Shown here: one piece after another, positions 19,900-29,595 of the stretch
How the letters are laid out: each line of letters starts with the position of its first letter
How positions within the stretch are numbered: the first letter of the stretch is position 1
Origin: a virus
Taxonomy: Duplodnaviria; Caudoviricetes
Virus record (IMG/VR): IMGVR_UViG_3300042516_002128
Location: 1 to 57,741 of that record
Length of the DNA: 57,741 bases
Strand: one strand, 5' to 3'
Program-made: the position numbers and the translations under genes
The notes under the pieces: generated by a model
What the model was told of the DNA's origin: nothing
The model's input: the letters and a program-made list of their open reading frames with translations, nothing else
Databases searched by the model: none

Positions 19900-21465
19900 T
19901 TAGTTAGTTCTAATCGATTTATTTAATAAGTCATTTTCTAATTTGTTAAATAATTCCTGCATTATGTTATGAGCATCGTAATCACCACGAGCGTATGGTT
20001 TGTTTATATTGTGAACATGACTAGTTAAGACATTGTACATCGCTCTTAAAAATTCCAATAAAACCTCACCTCTAACTAATGCATATGTATTTGGGTCTAT
20101 TTTGTTTAGGTAATCTTCTTGGGTATATTCATACGAATCTAACTTTGTAAAATCTATAGGTACTCCCGTGAAATTTGTATCCATGGATAAAAGATACAAT
20201 CTATCACCCACTAAACTACCAAATGTTTGTTCTCGTGTTCCTGTGTCTGTTTTTAATTTTGTAATTTCGTCTGTAACAGTATTACTTGGGGCACTAAATT
20301 GTGTTTGAGACCAAACTAAACCCGATTCTATTGGACCAATTCCACTTAATTTAACACCACTTAAAATACTTTGTTTTCTTGTTTTCTCAGTATTGTTCGA
20401 TGTAACTCTATTTCTAAATTCAGAAGTCGGTCTAAAAAAGAATGGGTATATGTCCTTCAAGTCGTTTTCTGGATTAGAAAATTTTTGTTCAACCTTAATT
20501 GGCATGATATCTTTTAATCCTTTTGATTGAATTTCCAATAATTTTGTTGTTATTTCAGAACGAATATCGCTTATCTTTTCAGAAATTGATGAGGATGTGA
20601 AATCAGTTATTTGGGTTAAATCTTTACTAAATGTTGGAGTTGTTGTTGTGTCGTCAATATTTAAAAGACTTGTTGTACCTAAAGGTATTACCGTAAACTC
20701 AGTAAATGAATTTGATTTTAAAAGATATTCATATTGAGTTGTGACCTGTCTTACATAAAAATTAACCGTGGTTGGGTTATTAATACTATCAACACTATAT
20801 TCTATAATAAATTTGAGATTTGCGTTCTCAAATACCTCTCTATTGGTCTTTTCGTTTTTTGGAACTTTTTTCTGTGGAAATTTTTTAAGTTGGAGTTTTG
20901 CCACTTTTTGGCTCACAACTGGAAAATCAGCTATTTTCTTTCTTTCTTGTTGGTTTGCACTTTCTTTAGTTAATAATTTTCCGCCTCTTAGAACTACACC
21001 ATTATCGGTAAAAATAACATCAGAACCATATTTTCCATCAATACCAAAATGTTTGTTTTTTGCAAACGCACTTTTAGAATCAGGAGGTAATTCACCATCT
21101 TTATTTAATATATCCTTTTTTTGTTTTGTTGCCTGACCGTATGTTGTTGATGAAATTTGTTGTGAAAATGTTTGAGATTGAAAATCATAATTTGTACTAA
21201 AGGGGCCGGCAATGTATTCAGCGTTTACTGTTGTTTTTTCAGTATTATATCTTATAATTCTAACCGCTTGATTTATTTCAGGCACATGATTAATATTGGT
21301 TGGTAGAAACGGTCCCGCAACAAACGGGTCGTTATCGTCCCAATCCTCATATTTTCTATGACTTTCCTTAGCACCAACATCACCGGGATAATTAATATAC
21401 CTAATTCTATTTAACCCTTTTGGGTCATTATTATTAATACATATGGCTAATTTAATTAATTGCAT
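19900..21465 (-). CDS. Baseplate hub/spike-like protein (gp5/gpV-like)
   Basis: N-terminal NDPKGLNRIR OB-fold-like start; C-terminal LVRGE..L..HVH metal-binding tip motif. Confidence 0.6.
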   Translation of the reverse strand: MQLIKLAICINNNDPKGLNRIRYINYPGDVGAKESHRKYEDWDDNDPFVAGPFLPTNINHVPEINQAVRIIRYNTEKTTVNAEYIAGPFSTNYDFQSQTFSQQISSTTYGQATKQKKDILNKDGELPPDSKSAFAKNKHFGIDGKYGSDVIFTDNGVVLRGGKLLTKESANQQERKKIADFPVVSQKVAKLQLKKFPQKKVPKNEKTNREVFENANLKFIIEYSVDSINNPTTVNFYVRQVTTQYEYLLKSNSFTEFTVIPLGTTSLLNIDDTTTTPTFSKDLTQITDFTSSSISEKISDIRSEITTKLLEIQSKGLKDIMPIKVEQKFSNPENDLKDIYPFFFRPTSEFRNRVTSNNTEKTRKQSILSGVKLSGIGPIESGLVWSQTQFSAPSNTVTDEITKLKTDTGTREQTFGSLVGDRLYLLSMDTNFTGVPIDFTKLDSYEYTQEDYLNKIDPNTYALVRGEVLLEFLRAMYNVLTSHVHNINKPYARGDYDAHNIMQELFNKLENDLLNKSIRTN

Positions 21466-21662
21466 TATACTTTCCTTTTTTCAATTTCCTTAGTTACCTT
21501 TATGTAAATTTCCTCAATTGCATCCATATGTTTTGTTAAATCGAGTGCAATTTTTTTTGCGTTCTCAAATTCTTGAAATAATAGAACTTCAACGTCTAAT
21601 AAATCTTTATTTGATTTATTTTCTATGTCACTAATAATACTTAAAAATTTATCTTTTTCCAT
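21465..21662 (-). CDS. Small hypothetical protein
   Basis: ATG 21662, coupled to both neighbours. Confidence 0.65.
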   Translation of the reverse strand: MEKDKFLSIISDIENKSNKDLLDVEVLLFQEFENAKKIALDLTKHMDAIEEIYIKVTKEIEKRKV

Positions 21663-21663
21663 A

Positions 21664-23571
21664 TTAAAAACTTTTACCCACAATATTAAGCATTCCCGGA
21701 GGAATTACTATTGGCCCGCCTGCATTTCCTGATATAATTGGTAGAGAATTTGTTGTTTTAATAAATGAATTTGTATCGTGTTCTTCGGTATGTCCATCAA
21801 TAACAGATTTAACCAAATTACCAATATCGTTTGATTCTCCGTATAAAGGTCCTGTGGGTATTCCCGACGCTTCCAATCTTTCCATAATATTCATATATGC
21901 CCTGTCTTGACTAAATCCAGGTAATCCCTCTGATAATGTTAACAAAATAGAAGGTACATTCATTGGTACTTTCATTGATAACGACGAATTTAAAGTATTT
22001 AAAACTGTTTGAAACAATTCATAACAGTTATCAATACTCCCTTCCAATATCTTTTTAAGTAATGAAATTAATGCGGTAATAATTGTAAGGTATCTTTTGT
22101 ATTTATTTTTTATTATTTGTTGTACTAATCTAGAAACGAACGCCAGTAAATCACTTTTTACTAATTTCCAAAATTCTCTAATGAATAACCAAAATAATTC
22201 TTTTACTGTTTTAGTTATTGCTTTATAAAATTTCTTTGCTAATTCTTTTATATCAATAGTACCGATAATTGATTTAAACATTTTATATAAAATAACTAAC
22301 GGTAAAAACAGTTTACCCGATAATATTGTTATCATTAATGCTTTTGGTAAACTTAAAATAAAATTATTTAAAAGATTATTTAAAAAATCAAGAAGTGACA
22401 ATCCGGTATCAGATTGTTGTGAGGCATCTAATGCTACTTTATTTAAAATTTCATCAACAGCAAGTTTCGGGTTTTTGTTTTTTGTTAAATAAATAAAATC
22501 CTCAATGTGTATAGTGTCGGTTGGTATCTCAAAATTGTAACAATCTTTAAATCTTAAAACTCTACGATATCTTGCATCTTCATCATCTAAATCAATACCT
22601 TCCACATCGTCAAAATCAAAATAAAATTCAATATCTTCGTCTGTTTCATCAAACATATCAATAGCATTTACTTGATTTGTATTTTGAGGTGCGTTACAAA
22701 TTGCCATTAATTTTTTAAGTAATCTCATTAGTTTATCTAATGAAAGATTAAACTTCTTTGAATCTCCACATTGTGACCCACCTTGTATTGTGAGTAGCAT
22801 TGCGGTTTTAATAACATGATTTATGTCTGGAAATTCCATTGAAGAATAATAATCAGATATAAAATCTTGAACTTTTGTAACTCCGGGTAACCCTTGTGTT
22901 AGTCCCGTTATGTTAAATCTTTGATTTCCGGTATCCCATGTTGCAGTAAACAAATCTTTACCATTATTTGAAGTAAACGTGTATGGTGTTCCAGCAAAAG
23001 CATTATAAAGATTTCTATTAACTTTTTCTTTGTTAATATCGGGTTTTTTGGGTTCGTATATTATCTTACCGCAACTACTTTCTGGGTCAATTGTTAGTGA
23101 GTCTAATAAATCAAACTCTTCTGGTCTCAATGTCATTGTGTCACCCGAAAAAACAGATTCAGTTCCACAAATACCTTCACCCATAAAAAGGGATTCGGAT
23201 ATATTTTTAACTGCAATTTCTTTCGCCGATTTCAATGTGGTTTCCATTGCGGTTATTGCGTGTTTCTTAATCTTTTGTTTTGGACTGTTATCGGATTGTT
23301 TTATATTGTTTTTAGAATTTTTTTCCGACCCCATAAATTGGTCAACAATATCGAGCATATCGGAAAAAATATCTTTTGAATTTTGTTTCTTTTTGTTTAT
23401 CCTCTTGTTAAGAGCATCAATTTTTTTACCAACAATGCTGTTTATGTCAGGTACATTATTGAGGTATTTATCTGAAACATCATCAAAACTTTCTTGAGGT
23501 TTATCATTAATTTTTTTAATAGCCTCAATTTTGGATTGTAACCTTCTTTTAGTTTTTTTTAAATTCGCCAT
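21664..23571 (-). CDS. Hypothetical protein with amphipathic helical C-terminal half
   Basis: 635-aa ORF in a late operon. Confidence 0.75.
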   Translation of the reverse strand: MANLKKTKRRLQSKIEAIKKINDKPQESFDDVSDKYLNNVPDINSIVGKKIDALNKRINKKKQNSKDIFSDMLDIVDQFMGSEKNSKNNIKQSDNSPKQKIKKHAITAMETTLKSAKEIAVKNISESLFMGEGICGTESVFSGDTMTLRPEEFDLLDSLTIDPESSCGKIIYEPKKPDINKEKVNRNLYNAFAGTPYTFTSNNGKDLFTATWDTGNQRFNITGLTQGLPGVTKVQDFISDYYSSMEFPDINHVIKTAMLLTIQGGSQCGDSKKFNLSLDKLMRLLKKLMAICNAPQNTNQVNAIDMFDETDEDIEFYFDFDDVEGIDLDDEDARYRRVLRFKDCYNFEIPTDTIHIEDFIYLTKNKNPKLAVDEILNKVALDASQQSDTGLSLLDFLNNLLNNFILSLPKALMITILSGKLFLPLVILYKMFKSIIGTIDIKELAKKFYKAITKTVKELFWLFIREFWKLVKSDLLAFVSRLVQQIIKNKYKRYLTIITALISLLKKILEGSIDNCYELFQTVLNTLNSSLSMKVPMNVPSILLTLSEGLPGFSQDRAYMNIMERLEASGIPTGPLYGESNDIGNLVKSVIDGHTEEHDTNSFIKTTNSLPIISGNAGGPIVIPPGMLNIVGKSF

Positions 23572-23948
23572 TAGACTTTATATATACCTTTTTTTGATTC
23601 CACATCGGGTTCATCCATTAGTTTTGCTAATATACTCCTATCCTCATCTGTTAATTGAAGTTTACCACCTGAATTACTGTTTCCAGTTCCTTGGGTTTGT
23701 TTTAATAAGGCGTTTTGAAGTTTAACTAATGATATTTTCTTTTCAGTACAATCATTTAGAATTTTTTGTTGTTCTTTAATGACAGGTCCAATAACACTCA
23801 TATCCTCAGCGTCCTTCATAAAGGTCAACATTTTCTTGGTAATCATAGATGCGGTATTTTTTTGTTCTACAATGTCATTGTAGATTTCCTGCATCAATGC
23901 TAACGCTGAATCTGTATCGAGTGATATTAAGTTTTTTCTTTCTCTCAT
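23571..23948 (-). CDS. Hypothetical coiled-coil protein
   Basis: 125 aa; TATTTAT-N4-ATG upstream. Confidence 0.75.
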   Translation of the reverse strand: MRERKNLISLDTDSALALMQEIYNDIVEQKNTASMITKKMLTFMKDAEDMSVIGPVIKEQQKILNDCTEKKISLVKLQNALLKQTQGTGNSNSGGKLQLTDEDRSILAKLMDEPDVESKKGIYKV

Positions 23949-23968
23949 ATCTATAAATAGGTATATTT

Positions 23969-24667
23969 TTAATTTATGAACCCTACCATGATACTTTCAT
24001 AAACTTTTTTGAATTTTTTCAACGATATTCTTATTTCTTTAGTTGATAACGCTGTCATTTCACGTAAAGACAATAGAATCAGGTTCTTATTGAATTTGTT
24101 ACCATCTCCAACTTGAAATATTTTTTCAAAATTACTGAAGACTTCAATTAATGCATATCCTAGTTTTTGTTCATTTTCGGTTAATTCATTTTTTTCCATG
24201 AATTCTTCCATTTGCATTATGAATTTGATAATAACATCTTTATAATCAACATGAACTTCGTCAATAATATATGAATGTTCCAAACTTTCCTCTAAGTCTG
24301 AGGAAATATCATCATACGAAACACTTCTATTTGTTTCTTTAGTATCCTTCTGGATTGCTCCCATTAGATAATTTTTACAAATTGTACCAAAATATGAATA
24401 TGCTTTAGTATTTTTTGTATGGTCAAACTTACTAATTTTAGTCATTAAAAATGACATAGTATCAGTATGGACTTCGTTAAAATCAAAATCCTTCCTGTAA
24501 AGTTTGTAACGTCGAATTATACTTTCGACCATTATTATGAGAGGTTCTCTTAAATATTCATTGAATATCTTATTCTTTTCTGTTTCGGATTCGGATTCTA
24601 AGTATCGTACAACCGCTTGTTCTTGTTCCTCCCCAAAATAAATTTTTTGGGTTCTCTTACGCGGCAT
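23969..24667 (-). CDS. Phage sigma factor (T4 gp55-like, putative late sigma)
   Basis: Region-2-like MSFLMTKISKFD..KAYSYFGTICKNYL; C-terminal HTH-like LREMTALSTKEIR. Confidence 0.7.
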   Translation of the reverse strand: MPRKRTQKIYFGEEQEQAVVRYLESESETEKNKIFNEYLREPLIIMVESIIRRYKLYRKDFDFNEVHTDTMSFLMTKISKFDHTKNTKAYSYFGTICKNYLMGAIQKDTKETNRSVSYDDISSDLEESLEHSYIIDEVHVDYKDVIIKFIMQMEEFMEKNELTENEQKLGYALIEVFSNFEKIFQVGDGNKFNKNLILLSLREMTALSTKEIRISLKKFKKVYESIMVGFIN

Positions 24668-24670
24668 GTT

Positions 24671-25450
24671 TTAGTTCTCTACATAGTTTATGTCTCTTTT
24701 ATTTTTGAAGAAAAATTCTTTTTTTGCTGTTTCTAACCAAAATTTAACCTCATCAGGTGACATCTTGGTTTTCTCTGAGTTTTTATATGACCAAAACAAA
24801 GAGTCTTCTCTGAAATTAACATGTTGATACCCAATTTTAGGTACAGTCATAATAGTGACATTATTATGTGTTAATCTAAGTAAAAATTCATATCCAAATG
24901 TTAATTTGATATTTTCTTTTAGTGAGCCATATTCCTTAATTGTTGATGTTTTATATAAACCACCACTAATTTGAAAATTTTGATATTCTAAAAGTGCTTC
25001 ATTATCTAATAATCCTTGTTTCTCGGTGAACCCATAAGCCCATGTAGCTTCGTTTGTAAAACTTAAAAACTTACCCTCAACATTGATGTCTCTAACAATT
25101 GGTAAGAAAACGTCAACATTTGGGTTTTCATTTTTATGTGTGTTTATTGAGTTTAACCATCCTTTCTTATACTCATCGTCAACCTCTAATATTGAGAACC
25201 ATTCAGTATCGCAATTTTCGATACCTAAGTTAACTTGACTACAGAAGTCAGTTAAAGATTCGTTAGGGATGATTTTATACTCCAATTTATCAGTTTCAAT
25301 TTGTATATCTGATGAAATTTGTTTTGGTGCAACTACTATTAATTTAACGTCATTATAAAATTCTTCAACAGATGATACTGCGTTTTTGAACATCATTTTA
25401 TAATCTTCATCCCATAAATGGATTGGTAATATTACTGTTATGTTTTTCAT
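24671..25450 (-). CDS. GT-A fold (GT2-like) glycosyltransferase
   Basis: ITVILPIH, VNLGIENCDTEWFSILEVDD (DxD-like), EFLLRL. Confidence 0.8.
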   Translation of the reverse strand: MKNITVILPIHLWDEDYKMMFKNAVSSVEEFYNDVKLIVVAPKQISSDIQIETDKLEYKIIPNESLTDFCSQVNLGIENCDTEWFSILEVDDEYKKGWLNSINTHKNENPNVDVFLPIVRDINVEGKFLSFTNEATWAYGFTEKQGLLDNEALLEYQNFQISGGLYKTSTIKEYGSLKENIKLTFGYEFLLRLTHNNVTIMTVPKIGYQHVNFREDSLFWSYKNSEKTKMSPDEVKFWLETAKKEFFFKNKRDINYVEN

Positions 25451-26520
25451 TATATTTGTTCTTCTTGTTTAACTTTTTCTAAAGCCTTTTGAATTGCTTC
25501 AATACGTTTATTTTTAAATGAATTAAAGATATTCACTATGTTTGTTTTAGTGATTTCACTATCATAAGGTAATAGTGTGTCTTTCATTTTTTGTTTAACC
25601 TCATCGGTTAACTCAATACCATCTAACCAAGCTAAAACATATGTTCCAAGTATTTCAACTATTTTAGATTCGTCATATGTCCACATTCCATTTTCAGTTA
25701 ACCAATCTGGTTCATTCTTTGGAATTTTACCAATAACGGGAACATTACATTTAATTGATTCCAATGGGAATGTTCCAAATGTTGAATCATCATCAATCCA
25801 AATAGATACCATACATTCTTTTAGATTTGTTGCAAACTCATCATATGACATTTGAACCATATCTCTAAACGTAATCCATCTTAAATGTGGGTTTCTAATA
25901 TAAAACTCAGAAATTATTTTTTTATTTATTGACCTATCTTTACATGAAATCGCAACAATTGGTTTTTGTGATTTTTCGGATGGTGAAAATTGTTCACCAA
26001 TCATAGGTGGGATAATATGTACCAATGTTTCATTGAATAATTCATTGACATATTTTTTAGATGTTTCTGTGGTTGTGATTACTCTATCAAAACCAAAATC
26101 CGACCATCTACTACCAATTGGTAAGGTTTCAAAGATATATTCTTTTTGTTGTACCAACATTACTTTTACACATCTAATGTTAGCTAAGTTTTCTAATACA
26201 TTTGAATAATACTCAGGTACAACAATAACGTCCTCAATTTTTATCTCAACTCTATCGTCTTTAATCGTGACAACTTCTAAGGAGTCGTATTTGTCACCCA
26301 ACCAACCTGAGACACCACCATATGTTTTATCTTCCACCAATAACTTGGTTTGGAATCCTGATTCTTTTAATGTTAATGCCATATCATAGATATGTTTAAC
26401 AGATGCTCTAGCATTGTTACGAGTATCGTATACCAAAAAGTAAATTACATTTTTGTTCGTATTTAAATTACTTAATGCCGTTTCTAGCTTTTCTATGTTT
26501 TCGTTGTTTTTATTCATCAT
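25450..26520 (-). CDS. GT-B fold glycosyltransferase-like protein
   Basis: DVIVVPE, STFGTFPLESIKCNVPVIG (ExFG..P.E-like motif). Confidence 0.72.
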   Translation of the reverse strand: MMNKNNENIEKLETALSNLNTNKNVIYFLVYDTRNNARASVKHIYDMALTLKESGFQTKLLVEDKTYGGVSGWLGDKYDSLEVVTIKDDRVEIKIEDVIVVPEYYSNVLENLANIRCVKVMLVQQKEYIFETLPIGSRWSDFGFDRVITTTETSKKYVNELFNETLVHIIPPMIGEQFSPSEKSQKPIVAISCKDRSINKKIISEFYIRNPHLRWITFRDMVQMSYDEFATNLKECMVSIWIDDDSTFGTFPLESIKCNVPVIGKIPKNEPDWLTENGMWTYDESKIVEILGTYVLAWLDGIELTDEVKQKMKDTLLPYDSEITKTNIVNIFNSFKNKRIEAIQKALEKVKQEEQI

Positions 26521-26791
26521 CTTCGATTAATATTTCATATTTTATTAGTGTATTGAATGCAATTTTAAAAGATATTGATAATCCTTCTTCCGCTAATGGT
26601 CCTAATTCCTCATCAACCTCTTCATATTCGTTTAGAACTCTTTCTAAACAAACTTTTATTATTTCATATTTAAAAATGTTTATTTCTAAACTTTTAGTTC
26701 CGTCTTCGTTTTCAAGGGTATCCCCTGTCTGACATTTTTTGGTAATTCCATCTACATCTATGTAGTAGCTTTTTCCGAACAATTCAACCAT
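26510..26791 (-). CDS. Hypothetical protein
   Basis: 93-aa ORF in operon. Confidence 0.65.
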   Translation of the reverse strand: MVELFGKSYYIDVDGITKKCQTGDTLENEDGTKSLEINIFKYEIIKVCLERVLNEYEEVDEELGPLAEEGLSISFKIAFNTLIKYEILIEDDE

Positions 26792-27363
26792 GTTTTTTCT
26801 ATTTCAGATAATTTATTTATTTCTAAAGTATTTGTAAAGTGCTTATTGTAAAAGGTGTTAAATTTAATGACCGATTTATCTTTTGGACACGACTCAACAA
26901 CTCTTTTATCATCGGTAACCCATAGGTCACATTTTGACCATAATTCATCAATATTTTCGGGCGATGAAAATTTTATGGTATCACAGATAACACCATTCCT
27001 AGAAAGGAAAAAAAGACTTGAGGGTTTAGCTTTACCTTTTTCATTTAAACCAATTAGAGTGAAATTAATATCTTTGTTTTCAAAAACTAAAGTATTAAAA
27101 TCTGTTACAGCCTGACTATAACTTAAACCGGCGTGACCAAAAATCTCTATTGGAAAATCAAAATATAAAAATTTAAGGTATTCATCCATAGATTGGAATT
27201 TATATGTTTCCATAATATCCTCAATCTTAGCGATTCCGTCTATCCCATACTCGAAAGTTTCTAGAGCGTCAGGTTCAGTATTTAAAAAATAATCCTTATA
27301 GTGATAATCAAATTTTTGTAGTGTATTTCTTAGTACACCATCAATGTTTACGAATATTTCCAT
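26758..27363 (-). CDS. HAD-superfamily 5'(3')-nucleotidase-like protein
   Basis: IFVNIDGVLRN (motif I with D to N), LWVTDD, TFYN. Confidence 0.6.
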   Translation of the reverse strand: MEIFVNIDGVLRNTLQKFDYHYKDYFLNTEPDALETFEYGIDGIAKIEDIMETYKFQSMDEYLKFLYFDFPIEIFGHAGLSYSQAVTDFNTLVFENKDINFTLIGLNEKGKAKPSSLFFLSRNGVICDTIKFSSPENIDELWSKCDLWVTDDKRVVESCPKDKSVIKFNTFYNKHFTNTLEINKLSEIEKTWLNCSEKATT

Positions 27364-27401
27364 AATAGAAATATAAAATTAAAAATATTATAAGTAAAGA
27401 C

Positions 27402-28136
27402 TTAATCGTATCTCTTTAGAATTTCTCCAATGATTGGGTTTCTTACAATATCTTTATTATCAAATTCGAATACCCCAACATTACGTAAATCTTGAAGCTT
27501 CATTTTTGCATCATAAAGACCTGTTTTTGTTTTATCTTTAAATTTATCAGATTGTTCCAAATCCCCCGATATAAAAAATTTAGAATTAAACCCGATTCTT
27601 GTTAGTAACAATTTCATTTGTGACGGGGTCGTATTTTGAGCTTCTTCAAACACAAGAATTGTATTATCAACATTCCATCCTCTCATATAAGCTAATGCCG
27701 CAATTTCAATGAATTCTTCTTCTTTTAACTTCTCTCTCGCCTCTTTACCGATTATTTTATTTAAAAGATAATATGAAGGGTAGATATATGGGTCTAATTT
27801 CTCCTCAATACCACCGGGTAATGAACCTAATTTCTCCTCCGCTTCAACTGCGGGTCTAACGATAATTATTTTTTCATATTTATTCGTATCATCCCACAAT
27901 AAATCTACCGCTTTCTTCATTGCGATATATGATTTACCTACACCAGCTGGCCCGAAACAAAGAGTGATTTCATTTTCACCTAATATTTTCCAATATTGTT
28001 CTTGGTTCTTTGTAAGAAATTTTTCTTTAGGTTGTTTAATGATTTCTCTGATTCTTTCTTTTTTAGATGTTTTTCTATCCACTAAAGGAGTTACAACATT
28101 TTTTTTATTTTTAGGTCTCGATGATTTTTGTTCCAT
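27402..28136 (-). CDS. phoH: PhoH-family ATPase
   Basis: GPAGVGKS, RPAVEAEEKLGSLPG, LAYMRG, EEAQN, LLTRIG, GDLEQSD, IVRNP. Confidence 0.95.
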   Translation of the reverse strand: MEQKSSRPKNKKNVVTPLVDRKTSKKERIREIIKQPKEKFLTKNQEQYWKILGENEITLCFGPAGVGKSYIAMKKAVDLLWDDTNKYEKIIIVRPAVEAEEKLGSLPGGIEEKLDPYIYPSYYLLNKIIGKEAREKLKEEEFIEIAALAYMRGWNVDNTILVFEEAQNTTPSQMKLLLTRIGFNSKFFISGDLEQSDKFKDKTKTGLYDAKMKLQDLRNVGVFEFDNKDIVRNPIIGEILKRYD

Positions 28137-28186
28137 TATTTTTTTTCTTGTTTTATTGTTGGTTTCCTTTTAGTTATTATAGTTTT

Positions 28187-28786
28187 TTATTTTCCGGTTG
28201 AACCAAATCCCCCATCTCCTCTATCTGTTGATGATAATTCATTAACTTCAACAAATTTTATTTTAGGATATGGTATGATGATTATTTGAGCACCTCTCTC
28301 ACCAACTTTATATTTTATCGAATCTAAACCTTGTGTTTTTTTGAATGTTGCTTGTATTTCACCTCGATATCCACTATCGATTACACCAACGCAATTTGAT
28401 AGATTTAAATCCATATTACGTACAGATGAACGAGGGAACACTAACCCAACATAACCCATTGGGATTTCCATTGCAATACCAAATCCATATGTAACATCAA
28501 ATGTTGTGTTGGATATTACTGAAGTGATTGTTAAGTCCATACCAGCATCCCCGTCTTTTGAATAAGTCGGAGTAACTGCATCACTATGTAATTTTTTAAT
28601 TCTTACATCAATTTGATTGCTGAATTTATTAACTTCTTTCTCCACTTCACCACCTAATATTGATAAAAGGTTATCTAATTCACTAAACATCCCTAAATCA
28701 ACCCCTTCTTCTGAATCCGATTCGGAAAGTCCTTTTTCAAATTCTTTTAGTTTTTCAATGTAGTCTTTAATTTCGTTTTTGTCCAT
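28187..28786 (-). CDS. dut: Trimeric dUTPase with acidic N-terminal extension
   Basis: AGMDL, PRSS, GVIDSGYRGEI, RGAQ, RGDGGFGSTG (motifs I-V). Confidence 0.95.
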   Translation of the reverse strand: MDKNEIKDYIEKLKEFEKGLSESDSEEGVDLGMFSELDNLLSILGGEVEKEVNKFSNQIDVRIKKLHSDAVTPTYSKDGDAGMDLTITSVISNTTFDVTYGFGIAMEIPMGYVGLVFPRSSVRNMDLNLSNCVGVIDSGYRGEIQATFKKTQGLDSIKYKVGERGAQIIIIPYPKIKFVEVNELSSTDRGDGGFGSTGK

Positions 28787-29339
28787 TTTTTTCTTCTAAA
28801 ATTGCTAACTCAAATCCGAGTTTTATTACATTTGATAAATTTGAAGAATGGTATTTTACCATTTTATCATCAGATTCTTTATCAGTATTTAAAACGGTTT
28901 GGAATTCTTCTTCATTAAGTTCCACACCATTCTTAGTTGCATAATGTACTGACCTTTCACCTACCCTTAATGACACCAAATCATTGCAGAACTCATACAT
29001 TTTTCCTAATGTTTTTCTCTGCCATTCATTTTGATTCGGACAAAAAAGAAACACCTTACCAATTTGAGATAAAAAGACACATTTAAGAATTGTTGGTACT
29101 TCTTCTCTCATATTTTCAGGTAACAACTCATTAATTTTAATTGCGTACTTACACGCTTTTAATGAGGTATTCAATAGACCACCCGGATAGCAACCATACA
29201 TATCTATTGTTGTTGTTGCTGGTGCAGTATAAAAATCGTCACCTAAGAAATTTTCAAGTTCCTTTGTAAAAATTTTATACTTGGAATTTGTTTCTAAGAA
29301 CTTTTTTTTATTAGATTCTAATTGTTCTACGGTTATCAT
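28767..29339 (-). CDS. Degenerate HD-domain protein
   Basis: FYTAPA...YPGGLL..SL...LSQIGK...GERS scaffold of YhaM-like HD proteins, but metal ligands replaced. Confidence 0.6.
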   Translation of the reverse strand: MITVEQLESNKKKFLETNSKYKIFTKELENFLGDDFYTAPATTTIDMYGCYPGGLLNTSLKACKYAIKINELLPENMREEVPTILKCVFLSQIGKVFLFCPNQNEWQRKTLGKMYEFCNDLVSLRVGERSVHYATKNGVELNEEEFQTVLNTDKESDDKMVKYHSSNLSNVIKLGFELAILEEKNGQKRN

Positions 29340-29341
29340 AG

Positions 29342-29578
29342 TTATTTGGTTTTATAGTAGTCCGGTGTGTTTTTTGGGTCAATAATACATTCAATCGGCA
29401 TCTTTACGATTGATAAACTTTCACTACCTCTCATATCACCTGCTCGGTATTTTGATGTAATGATTGTTGCTTCCTCTACGGTTTCAGCTTCAACGATGTA
29501 CTTAACTTTTTGTAATCTTGGATTACCATTTCTGTCTAATTGTTCGGTTTCATAACCTACTGTTACTAAATAATGCAT
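29342..29578 (-). CDS. Small hypothetical protein
   Basis: 78 aa; KYIVEAETVEEA motif. Confidence 0.7.
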   Translation of the reverse strand: MHYLVTVGYETEQLDRNGNPRLQKVKYIVEAETVEEATIITSKYRAGDMRGSESLSIVKMPIECIIDPKNTPDYYKTK

Positions 29579-29595
29579 AAATTTTGATTTTTTTT

